Source: Raillietiella orientalis (taxonomy: Eukaryota). Taken from it: 64,000 nt of DNA. Both the position numbers and the translations under genes were made by a program. Where the stretch lies: contig JAYWIR010000001.1 of the NCBI GenBank assembly GCA_036172245.1, forward strand, positions 7,812,001 through 7,876,000. The letters run 5' to 3'. Under the pieces are notes generated by a model. That model saw only the letters and a program-made list of their open reading frames with translations. It had not been told where the DNA came from and ran no database searches. The first letter of the stretch is position 1, and every line of letters starts with the position of its first letter. This document shows, piece after piece, positions 35,250 through 47,449 of the stretch.

Positions 35250-36450
35250 ATTTCTCGTGATTCCCGGTTTAAAAACTCTGATTAAATCAAAATTAATGTT
35301 AACGTAAATGCAGCAGTGGATATAGATTTCTGGTTTTGGAAATCTTATTTCAGAAACTTGCCATCTTCACTCATTGCTGCTTATTGTAGCACAAGAAATA
35401 GGTTTGGGAAATACATTTATTTTGAATAATCAGATACTCACTAATACAAAGTAAAAAAATAGAATTAAACAGGGTAATAAATAAAGACATGATTGGAAGT
35501 CACCACAATATAATAATCCCCAGAAGTTTGAAATAAATGATGTGTGTTTGAATTTGCAATATTAAAGAAAGCTGAAATACTATTTTGTGTAGCGTATACT
35601 TATTTTCCGGTCTTTTTTAATGGAAGTTTTGGCTCTAAACTAATAGCCCAAATTTTGTTTTTTGTGGTTTTGCCAAAGAATTGATCTTGAATAGTGCAGG
35701 ATCGTGAAATGGAATTGTGTTTTAATTGATTCCTTTAGCATTTGGAAGGTTTGTTGATCAAGAAAATAATGATGAAGCAAAATAAAGCTAAATCCATGGT
35801 GAAGGAAGTGATCAGGGACGAGTTTAAGTGATTGCATCACTAAACTCTATTGATGAACAGGGTATACTCTATTTAAAGTGAAGAATTGAACACTGAAAAA
35901 AGCAAGCAGGTAGGTGAAAAGTCGAAGAAAAAGATCTGGAACTGCAAGTACCTAAACTCTGTTGGTAGTAAAACAAAGTTTATTTAAATTACTTAAAATT
36001 GTAGTAGTCTTTGCTGTTTAGGTTAATTGCATCCTGTGTGATTTTTTTTTTTCCAGCATCCAAGTTCATGCATTTGGAGTATAAAGTTAAACATGACAAA
36101 CAGAATCACAAAATTAGGTAACTTCAATCAAATAATTGAGTTGATCCATGGTTCCAACACTTTAAAGATAAAATTGAGACATTGGTTGTAACACTTTAAC
36201 TTGCTTATTGTATAAATGCATGTCAAGACCAATAGCTTTTGCAGCAGCATAAGCATATAGTTCCAAAAGAAGACAGTATCTGTGTGAAAAACCTCAGAAA
36301 ATACCAAGGTGACTCTTAGTTGCTGGAACTGAAATATTGTATTGAATGGGTAATGAGAGCATGGAAGGGTTCCAAGGTTGTAAGTGCCTCTGCATGAAGG
36401 GTTTTTAGGATCAGAAGCAACAAAGGGCAAGTTTTCTTTAAAATGTGAAC
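35250..36450 (+). mobile_element. Highly decayed pogo/Tigger-like DDE transposase relic
   Basis: Fragments KCSSG..RF, SNTLKIKLRHW and LKYCIEWVMRAWK appear in the order expected for pogo-type transposases. Riddled with stops. Confidence 0.3.
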
Positions 36451-39400
36451 ATATTCTAATGAATTTGATAAATTGTCTGATCATAAGCAGTTTATATTGC
36501 ATAAAAGAAACAGACATAAGTAATAATTAATCTGATTACTATTTTATTTAAATATGAAAAACAAGTATTGTGTTTGCTTTTATTAGGTGCTTTATGTACG
36601 GTAGGAATTCCAATTTAACAACATGGAAAGTTGTGTGTGTTGTAAAAATTGGATCACCAACTGTTAACTGCTGTGAAAGCCAACCAAGTAGGGATGATAT
36701 CTGTTTCATATTTTCTGACATGCTAGTTGTGAATTTTCGTAGAATAATTCAGCGTAAAGTGACTGTGAACGTTTTCCCCTCGTGAGTAGTTGGCCGCTAT
36801 CATGCAGATTATTGTCATAAAGCAACCTGTTTGAAAGATCACCATATGGATGCATGGAATATATGTCAAAGATATTCGAAAACCCTGTTTTTTGAATAGT
36901 GCTATTTTCAACTGCCACTGGCAATAATTGCTAACAACAACTGGTACCATGAATGTCGGATGTTTCGCATCATCTTGGCTTTGCAAATCCGAGACACGTT
37001 CCCCCCCAGCTATTTTCTCCGGCAGTTCCACACGCAACTTCGCATGCTCCACCTGACCGTGAGAGGTGTGGGTGGCTGCTGCCAGCACCTACCGATTCCC
37101 AGAAACGTGTTGGCACGCGGATGTGTCTGCTGTTTTTTCTGCTGCATTTCGGAATGGATACGCTACGCAGTAAATTTTTCGCAGATTGGTTATGATATTT
37201 GTGTGTTCTCGCACTCTATTTTTATTTTTTTTTATTCTCCTTCAGCCTGTCTACGAATTACCCGACCTGCCGTGGATTTCTTCTTGGATTGACTTTGTTT
37301 CAGCAAGCGCACATCACATATTTGTGATATTGTTCGTAGGTTTAGGGATCCTTTGAATCCCAGCTTTACCACAAAGCCATTTAAAACAAAAAAACAAAAA
37401 AAAAACACTGCGTCAAGTCCAGGGATGTAACGTTCGCGTGGTCTGCCCCCCTCCTCCCCCTCCTATCCTTCCCCTCTCTCTTCTAGCTCGCACGCTCTCT
37501 AAAGAACCATGGTAACCTTTGAAAATTTCCAAGTTCACATCGAACTTGAACGTCATTGAGTATTGTGCTGCTGCTCATTGACTGCATTGATTCAGCAAGA
37601 TTAGCATGTCGAAGGTATATTCATTTATTTATGCATACTGAAATACACACGAATTGTCTTCCCGGTCCATTCGATGTCAAGGAAGGCAAAAAACGGAGGT
37701 GTCCCGGAGGTTCGTTCCAGGAAGGCCTTCCTGATGGGTGCACTGCATCCAGCGGCAGATCACTCTCGGACGGTAATTACCGGGATCTGCATTTCAAGCC
37801 GCTTAGCTTCCTGTTTAGTTCTCGATTAGGGGAGGCAATTTTTCATCCATCAAAATGTACATAGGATTTTCTTGAGATGACCTTTCCACTTCGGATGCCA
37901 TCTAAATACATCAAAAGGTTCGAACACATCTTTGCATATTCTGACATATTGTTTTGTTTATTAGGGACTGCGAAGCGTCCTGCATGCTGCATGACCCGGA
38001 GGCTGTAGAGTACGCGAGAGGCGTTTACGAAAGTCCACGCCGCAGCCTGCAAGTGTTACTCCCCCGAGGAAGAAAACATGAAAACAAGAAACAAAAATTC
38101 ACCGAACAGTGGAATGCGCGAGCAGCTTTCTGTTCAGCCAGTGAACCATTCGAAATATATCAGTACACCCACAGCATCGCGCGCAGATTATCATACCTTC
38201 ATCCATCTTTCTAGAGTGGATCAATATGTACACCACTACTATGCGCAATAGAACATCAGTAGAGAAAGAAGTAGAGTATTTTACTGTTGTATTGCATCGG
38301 CATTCCTTCGAAAAAAAAACTAGAGGAAGCTTTCGGTCAAGTGAGTGACGGGTGAGAAACTGCGTTCATAAAAGACGGATGCGTCAAAGACTTGTTCCGA
38401 ACACATTCATAAGTAGTATAATCTACACAGTCTTTCTTCGTACGAGCTCCGAGTGTTTCAGGTAAACGAATTCTAGAATTGAATCTCTGAAAGCTGCTTT
38501 TGTCAAGTGCTGCGGTTTTAACGGATTTAACAGCGCATCGCAGCAATCCTGAATATGGTCGTCCAAGATGGTTTGTAAATAACCCTGAGAATCGAGCATG
38601 AAAGCTATAAGGTGTGCGCCATTTCTTCAGGAAATAAACGCAGTTGCCAAAAAGAAAGGAAAAAAAGGTGAAGGAACTGATTTCCGATTTGCTTGCAATC
38701 ACTCCTTGGGCACACTGGATTGAGCGGTAAGTGCGCCTTGGGGCACTGCGCTCCCGGCAGGGATACTCCGCGCAAGGAGCATCGCTCCAAGTCCGGCTTT
38801 GAGGAAAATTTCAATCATAACTTTTTGCGTTTCCAAGATCGCTAAACGATTCGATGTGTCTCCCGAATGGTATTTTCAGTTCGCTTTTCACAATAACATA
38901 TCCGGTTCCAGATTCCAGCCTCCGTGCACATCCAGGCATTCCTCCAGCAAATGCTGTATACTGCGAAAGATCTCACGTGGAATGTGTCTCCGGACGTTTA
39001 GCAACGAATTGCCAGCAAGCATCGGCCATCTCCTTCTTATCAGTTTGCCTCGCGAGTCACTTTGCAAACCACACAGTTTTAAAAGTTATTCGAACGCATT
39101 ATTCGAATGGGATGTTTTTTCGTCGGTCCCGTGTGCATCCCTCCAAGCCAATGCACCATCAGTTATGGTCACTTCTCAGCAGACGATGATTCGCAAGATA
39201 ACCCGAAAACATTTGTTGTGGTGATTTTATTTCTCACGAATCGTCTGTAAAAATCAAATAAACGAGACGAGTGGCCACTGAAAATGTACCTGTACATATG
39301 TAATTATTGTTTGCCTATTTAAGAATATGTAGACATGCATTTACGTGACCCCTTGATTTTTTCATTAGGATCTTTTTTTATTACGTGCGCTTTCAATAAA

Positions 39401-41116
39401 GTGAGATGTCGACGTCTGTGGAACGCGAGTACTGTTATCGAGATTTTCAGTACAGTTACAAATATGTACTCTAAATTTTGAGACTTGAAACCTACGAAAG
39501 AATAATCACATCTCATGAACCTGCTCTTTAATTATTTTTGTCATTCATCTTAATCAGGGTTGCTTTGACGATAAAGAGCTCTCACCCTACGAAATCCAAG
39601 CGGTGGGTGACCTCTTCGCCGCAACGGGCCTCAGGTTATCCACCGCTGTTCTAAACCAAGTCACAATGCTTATAGACTGCTTGTTGTTTCTCTTTTGACC
39701 TTATGAAGGCCTTCTTCTTTACGCATAATTATTTCCAAGTTTCCGGTTCTTTCTGATTTTACTCGTCTACACTTTATAATATGGAATCTAGAATGAGGGT
39801 TGAATCAATGGGAAAGAGTTCTCGATCTCCATAGGGAGCGCGTGGCCAGCACTTCTCCATGTCACAGTCAGTGTGTATGTGTGCATAGAACTTGATTCCA
39901 TCTCATTTTTCACTTTTTTTTTTTTTTGTAGAAGTTTCCCCAATTGCACTGCACATGTGTGGGAAGGTTGGTTGCTCATGGCCAGGAAACGAGAAAGAAA
40001 CTCTTGAGCAGGTGCTCCCAAACTTTGGGTGCTTAGGTGCTACGTGAAGGAAACCCAGATCTTTCTGCAGTAGGAAACAAGGAGAAAGGTCACTCGGTGA
40101 AGTTTCCAAAATGCTCAGCTCATTGCACTGGACTGAGAGCACAAGTTATGTGGCGTTGTGTGGTAACTCCAGTTCTATCGCGAAGGTGATTGAACAACGT
40201 TGACTAATTCTCAATGGCAAGGCAAAAAGGACCACCGAAGATGTGTATGATCTTATGTATGTATGATCAAGCTGGTCAGACTGATCTCTACTCGTGATCC
40301 GGGTGAGCATCTGCTCATTTATGACATTCGCTATGAGGTGAAACTTAAAGCTCGAATTGAGTCGAAGCTCAAGCTTGGCTTTCCGTTGCGCCGAGGTTTT
40401 TTTCCCCTTTCTTTTCTTTTCTTTTCTTTTTTTTTTAAAAAAAAAAAGAAGTGCACGCCCGAAGATCCACCCGGAGCAAATTGACTCGAAGTTAAAAGAT
40501 GGTGGTCAAAGGAGCCGGAAGGAAAACTGGAACAATGCTTCCGTCTGCAGCGAGATTTGCTACCATTCTTCGGATCCTCCAGGAAGAAGAGTCGGAGGAA
40601 CACGTATGAACATCTAGCTTGCCATCCAGAATCTGCAGGGCCATCGTCTCCAGCGTTTTGGCAGCACTCGCGGATCGCAACGCGATGGCCGTCCACGGCC
40701 CGCGCAGCTACCTTCATTTCCTGATTCCAAGTTGAAAAAAAAAAAAAAAAAAAACTGATCCCACAGATGCGTGTAGGGAGGAAGGAGAGATAGACAGAGA
40801 GATGCAGAACACTCGAATAACAGGAAGGAAACGGTGTTATCCATTCTTTTGACTTCTTGCATGGTAGAAATCAAGAGACTACGCAGAGACTCCTGACGAA
40901 CGACGTTGTTTCGAGGCCCCGGTGATGATTTTTCGAATGGAGATAATCGGAAAGGACCATAGAGGAATTTTGGTCTAAGCAGCAGCCGGGCAAAGAAATA
41001 TCGCGCAGCACGAAAGCGGTGCTCGATTTTCGGATGTCAAAAATAGCAAAAACGGCTTTGGTCAAAGCAGAATAGAAACGACAGATTTGCAAAATTCTCG
41101 CTAAAGAACAATTTAC

Positions 41117-44100
41117 CTGTAAATCTTGCGTGGAGGAATACAAGGGATTGTCGAATCTCTTGAACTTTTGAAGGTCTATGTTTTCTTCCGCCTCGTCTTT
41201 TGGCTCAAGACCACTCACGATTTGGACCTCTTCCTTGACCTCGAGCTGCTGGACGCTGTTTGCTTCGTCGTCGACAAACCGTTTGAAACGGACAGTGGAT
41301 TCAATTCCAGAGTGGGTCGAGGAGTCCCTCTGGTACCCGAAACACCTCGACAAGTTCACTGTCCGCCCGTCGGATGGTCGAGGAATGTGGGCACGGAGCT
41401 GCAAGAGTCTAACAGCTGCCATGATCGCGGAGCGTCACGGTCCGCAGTGCTCACCCCCGGTAATATTTGTTCTTCACACACACCACAGTGGAAGCTACGA
41501 GGATCAGCAGCGAGAAGAGCACAATGGAAGCTCTTCCTGCCGAGGAAAGTCTGCTGCTCCCTCGCAAACTTCCCGGTGCCAAGAAGTCACCCGAAGAGTA
41601 CACCCATACGTCAGACATTCTGAAGGACTTATCTGGAAGCATCAGGTATGTTTTGCTGTTCTTGTGGTTGTTCTTCAAAGAAGAAACGAACGCTGGGATG
41701 GAGGAACCTGCCTGCATTACCTCGAGAGATCTTTGACTGGAGTCTGTGTATGAACTCCGCAGCGATTCTCTGGTGGCCTTCTGTTTCTGTTGCAGTAATT
41801 TGGACCCTCGAGGAGCCGAACATTCCTACGAACGAGTCGATGGTTCCAAAATCGTCTTCTCTGTGCAGGTCGCGAGTCATCCTCTCAACATCCTCGAGAT
41901 TGGCTGCGTCACTGCGGAACGACAGATACGATCCTAGAGCGAACAAACGACACAATGAAGTAGCCGGAAAGAACGATTTCGGCATACCACAAAACGGACA
42001 GCAGTGCCCCTCTGGAAGTACGGGTTCGGAACAGTCCGCCTCGCTACACGCTGCCGATGTCACGTTGCAAATGTGGTCCCTGTATTGCGGTTCGTCGTTG
42101 TGGCACGGACAACCTCCCTTCCTGTCGCAGACTTTCCTGGTAACCGAAATCTGGGTGCTGTGCTGGATCCACGACCGAGATGATGGTTCCGAGAGCAGGT
42201 GTTCCAGACGTTCCTCGTCGTATTCCTGGAAGTGGATGCAACTTTCACAAGCAAATGTTTCGGAAGCAGGCAACAAAAGGCGTGCTGTTGCCATTATTCC
42301 GGCGTGCCGAAGAGGTGCACTTTGGGCAAGCCGATAGAAGCCGACGTGCATTCCGGTGCGAGTCGCAGAGCCCAGAATCACGTTGTAAGTTTGTCGGTAA
42401 GGACGAGACAGGCCAACCCGATTGGGTCGCAGGTGAAAGGATTCCAAGTCAGGGCGGGTGGCAGGCGGGAAGAGAGAAGTACCCCACTCTAGCTCTCATC
42501 CTCGCAAAGCGCTTCGTAGTGGGTGAGACGGAGGTGAGTACTGCATAGTGAGAAACATGCAGCAGCATCTTCTAGAAATCAGGAAACATAGAGAAAGGAA
42601 GCTCAAGGCGAGAGAAGATGGAACTTTTCTTTTCTTTTCTTTTTTTTTACCATGCAGGAGTAGTTTTCTTTTGCATCCGTTCTGTTGTGTTCCTCGGCAT
42701 TGTTTCTTTGTTTTGAAAAAACGAAACAAAAATAAGAGAAAAAGAAAAAAAGTAAACAAGAAAACAACAACAAAACAAAAAGTAGTACTCTTGAAAAACA
42801 TGCTTTTGAGAAATCACTGTGATTCAAAAAGGTCCCTACTCAAGGAAGTGGAGTGGATATATCAGAGGTGAATGATCAGCATTCTTAGTCTTTTCATAGC
42901 GACGATTCAGCTGACGACAGAGTTCATCCCTCCCCCCAAGAGTGAATAACTCGCACGCCCAAATATTCAGGGAGGATGGTTGAGGAACTCTCATCAAATC
43001 AAGGGATAGGTCCAGATTATAAGCAGACTAGCTGTCCACAGTCTGCAAAGAAGCCATGGTTCGGGCACGGTAATGTTGCGTGCGCGGGTTCGACCTCAGT
43101 GTGGTTGGCTCGCTCAGCGGAAGCATGGAAAATGGGATGGAGCCATCTGTGTGAAAGACTTCGTGCCGATGCTCCGAAAGGGCTGGTTAGAGTCTGTTCT
43201 TGAAAAGGAACAAAGCCTCCTCCTCAAAGAGTTTTCCGAATTGCTTTAGCCTTTTTCACGAAATATGACCTCGGTCGCATCGTACGGAGCGAATCTTCAG
43301 CGTTGCTCGGTTTTGGAGTTTCATTGGGGAAAATGATCACTGGCAACCGAAAACGGAGACCGATCTGGTGGCAGCCGAGTCCACCCAACAACTATTTCAT
43401 CTCTTCCTCCTCCTCCCCTCCTTCCCTTTTCCCGGTTCCGTCAGCTCGCACGCGCTCACGAAAGCTTTGTCTCGTTCAGACCAACAGTTTATCGCAACTT
43501 TCTGCCTGGGGGGAGTCAAGACACTCTCCTGCTTCGAGAATGATTCACATGGCTACTGTTGTGCAGGTGATGTACTTTTGTACCAATCTTGCTCCGGGAG
43601 AGCAAAAGCGAGTTTCCGCTGAGCATAGCGCGCAGGCTGTTTTCCAGCTTCCGACGGTGGCAGACGAGAGTTGTTTTCGGTAGGATGTAGCAGAAAATGT
43701 CACAAGACTGTTTTCCAGGGAAAGGCGCGGAAGCAAGCGGATGCGATCCCCATACGTAACCCACGGGCGCCCAGCCTCTCACCAGCGAGCGGATGAATAT
43801 CAGCGGCACATATAAAGACGTTATCGGGGGCCCTGCTTCACCTGCTACTCTTGCCGCGCACAAGAAATCCCGGTTGGATTCCGGTAGGAGGTGCATCTCC
43901 AAGCGGCACAGATGGAGCCGGGATCACACGCGCAGATTACCTCTTCATGAAGGATCAAGCGGCCGATCGCGACCGGTGGCCCATCAACGCACAGCTTGAA
44001 CGATTTCGCAGTCGGAAAGACTGCCACATCATTGGAGCAAGGAATTCGACGAAGATGTGGAACAGCCGATCGGCGATCATGGGGTTCATTTCCTCTCATC

Positions 44101-46898
44101 CAATTCTGCGCGTTGTACCATTGATCGCAAGGAACAGGATCGAAGAGTATATCTGAAATAACCCAATCAAAACAACGTTTTATGCTTTTTCTTTCTTTTC
44201 TTTTTTTTTTTTTAAAAAAAAAAAAAAAAACAGTGTCGAACCTGGCGATGGTGGGCTAATAATCATTAAAAAAAATGGGAAATACCTGCGAATGCTCATC
44301 ATGAACTGTACTCTTGTGTTTTGGTACTGTATCGTAACACACGCGACATGTTGTAGTGATCAACCAGCATCCAAACACTTTCAGCATCGTTTCGTAACGA
44401 CCTCGGTGGGCCAGCGGTTGTGCACCAGGTTCTCGCAAACCTCCGCCAACTTCCAGACCGAGGTCCTCAGCGGTGATTAACCAGGCACTCAGTTTTCCCA
44501 AAGAATGATGATTTGAATTTCCACATCGAACCCTTCCCTGCCTCTCTCCCTCCCTCACACTTTGCATTTGGACACAAGGAACTGCACTCCTGGATGGGAA
44601 ACTGCATCACACACACCAGCTCATGGGAGGTAAAAGTTGGCAGTAATTTCGTTGAGGACATTTCGGTCCACAGGACGTTAGTCGTTTGCTATCCGGCTAA
44701 TTTTCTTGAGGTTGATCTCCATCTCGACGTGAGTAGGCCAGGCATGATCGAGACCAATCTGACACCAATGTGTTTCGGTTTGTCAGCTTGCACCGAAGGG
44801 TTCCGCAGGCACATCAAGGTTGAGAAATACTGATCTGGAGACGACACCGACGAAGAAGATGAAAAGGAAGTGTTTTCCTGTACGAAAGTGTAACGGGAAT
44901 TCATGCACTCGAGATTCGCCAAGGGTTTCTTCAATCCGGTAGTGGATATCCAGTAAACACACTCGATATCCTATATACAATTTATGGTATAACATTTCTC
45001 AAGTACCGAACGTGCTGAACGTTGTATGCACGAACATGGGATGTCCAGTAAATTTAGACTGAATGTGTAACATTTATAGATGAGAGACACAAGTTCTTCT
45101 GTCAGAATACACGTTCACAGTAGAATAACAAAAAATTCGAAAAAATGCGATCTGAGAACTATTTCGTTTATGTTTTACATTATTATTTGCAATTGAGTTA
45201 ACTGCAATATCTCAGCAGTGACCGTGAAATCCCATTGCAGAGCAATCCGAAAAACGACGGGATGGGAATTGGCTAAAAGAGAGAGCGAGAGAGAAAAAAA
45301 AAAGGTCCACTCGCACACGAAAGAACCCTAGCTGGCTGCACGTTCGAACGAAAAGCTCAGGTGGAAGACCCAGAAAGTGGAACCATCTGGATGTGATCTT
45401 ACCCGTTCCCAAGACAATCGGGAAATCCTTGCTTATCAACATGCTTTCTTCGTTCCTCCTCACATTCGCACTCTTTGCCTTGTCCAATCCTTTGCTCATC
45501 TTCATTCTCTCAAATTAAGAGCGTACCTATTGTGCACTAGACCGATGCTTAACCAAAACATAGGGAAGCCAAGGCGGTAAAGAGACCAAACCGAGGACAA
45601 CTTGGATGCATTGAAACCACAACTTGGCAACCAGAGTAATAGCAGGCGGAACCGTTGGAATTCCAGAAGGATGACGAAGAGAACTATGGTAAATGACTTC
45701 GATGGCCAGCCATGGCGTCTTGCTTGCCGAACTCATTCGAAGCCAGGCCAAACCGAAGAGGCATGAAACTGGTAATAAAACTGCAATAGGGCAATGCAAA
45801 GGAATCTTTCGCTTCACACGCACGCCTCATTCGCCTATTTTTCGTGCATTTGGGCATCCTGTGACACTCGACTATTCACCGATTGCAACAGCCTACTGAA
45901 TAAACACAAAACAGCTAGTAAGGAAAAAGAGACAGAAAATCGAAGGAAATATTGAAAACCTGTTCGTTTCCTCCTCGTCCTCCTTCACTTTCCTTCCTTC
46001 TCCTTTTCCCACCTCTTTCCACCTTCTTCCCTCCCTTTGTTTCTTTTGTTTCTCCTCTCCCTCCTCCCTTGTTCCTTCTCTACCTCTTATCCTCTTCCTC
46101 TTTCCCTGCTACTCCTGCCTTATTTGTGAAGTATTCTCTAAACAGTTCATAAATGAGGGGATGATACACCTTCTTTTCCCTTCCTCTTGCTTATCCTGTA
46201 TTTTCTCAATTTTCTTCCCTGACTCCTCTTTCTCCTTTCCCTTTTTTTCTACTCTGCTCTTCCCTAGCTACTCCTTCCTTTCTCCTTCTCTTCCTGATCC
46301 TCCCATTCCTCCTTTTCCTCAAAGAAGATGCGAGAATGAAACAAAATGTGTGACTGGATAGGGGCTTGAAGATACGCCTGCATGATGCCTTTACTCAGAA
46401 GAAACCCCCGAGTTCTTCATACTCAATGACAAATTCATGTTTAAGACATGATGGTTCACATGATGTTGCATGGCTGTCATAAAATAAAGAACGAGCTATA
46501 ATTGTTTCATGTCTTTCTTTTGCAATAAAGTAGGAAATTAACTGGAAAATAGGAATGTAGGAAATAAAGAGGAACGTGTTCAAACATAAAGTTGTAACCT
46601 ATGCTGAAGGAACTTTTTTTTTTTTTTTTTTTACCTTCCTGAGAACAGTTCTTTCTCTCGTCATCGAAGATGAAACTTCCTGCTTCCGAAAAAAGGATTT
46701 CACTCAGCGGAGGGAAGAAGATGTCACGAACAGCAATATCCTCGTCAATCACCATGGCGATTGGATCAGAAACTTCCAAATGCATCGAAGCAAAGGAACA
46801 ATTGGACGGGATTTGCAAAGGATTGGCGTTTCCAGAGGAGGTGTTCCACTTTCCTCCGTGAGGAAAATTCGTGTAAGCAGTCCAAATGCTCTGGGCAT
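41117..46898 (-). CDS. AMN: Protein amnionless (cubilin partner); first and last exons not located
   Basis: Exons 46898-46635, 44152-43941, 42225-41988, 41933-41721, 41632-41455 and 41408-41117. Motifs WTAYTNF..W, WYNAQNW..AVPHLRRIPCSNDVAVFP, VWC-like GCPCHND..C..CSEPVLPEGHCCPFCG, a transmembrane helix (IVLFSLLILVASTVVCV) and cytoplasmic FDNPLY. Confidence 0.88.
45965..46320. repeat. Polypyrimidine (CT-rich) low-complexity tract
   Basis: About 350 nt strongly dominated by C/T on the + strand, in an amnionless intron. Confidence 0.7.
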
Positions 46899-47449
46899 CT
46901 AAACCTGGTTCACCTTTGTGGAAGACATCGTGCATTAATTAATTGTTGTGAAGAATTGCAACGGAAGAAGAGAGTTTGGCACCTCTGAATCACTGCAGAA
47001 AATATAAAAGCTACTCGTGATATGGATTTTTGCGATTCTATTTCTACCGAGTCATTTGCTACTCGTGGTGATGAGACTGGGGGAATGAATCGGTCAATCT
47101 TAATACGTGGTTTCGTATCTGCATGTGCTGCCTTTCCGCAATACGCTGAGCCTGGCACGTTTCCGGTTTCTCTCGAGGGGCTTGTTTTGGAATCTCGGTC
47201 GCACAAAGTAACTGTTCGGTTTGAATCCCACAAATGCAAACGAGCGTTTCTGTTGATCTTCATGCATCACCAGACGCAAGCAGTACCGGAGGGTGCGCAT
47301 GGACGCTCTACCTTCTATCGTACCTACCGTGTTCTTCAGTGCTGCAACAGAATCGACGGTATTCTGCTGCTCTTGTTAGAGCGGTCTCCCAAGAAACTTC
47401 CATATTCTGCTCGATTACCTTTTCACTGTCGGATGTGCGCTGCAGAGAA

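Noticed and set aside
37660..39010. Exon-like + strand pieces (DCEASCMLHDPEAVEYARG; IPASVHIQAFLQQMLYTAK)
   Set aside because: Could not be joined in consistent phase, and no family was recognised.
43050..43120. GGTTCGACC B-box-like motif
   Set aside because: No cloverleaf or convincing A-box, so not called as a tRNA or SINE.
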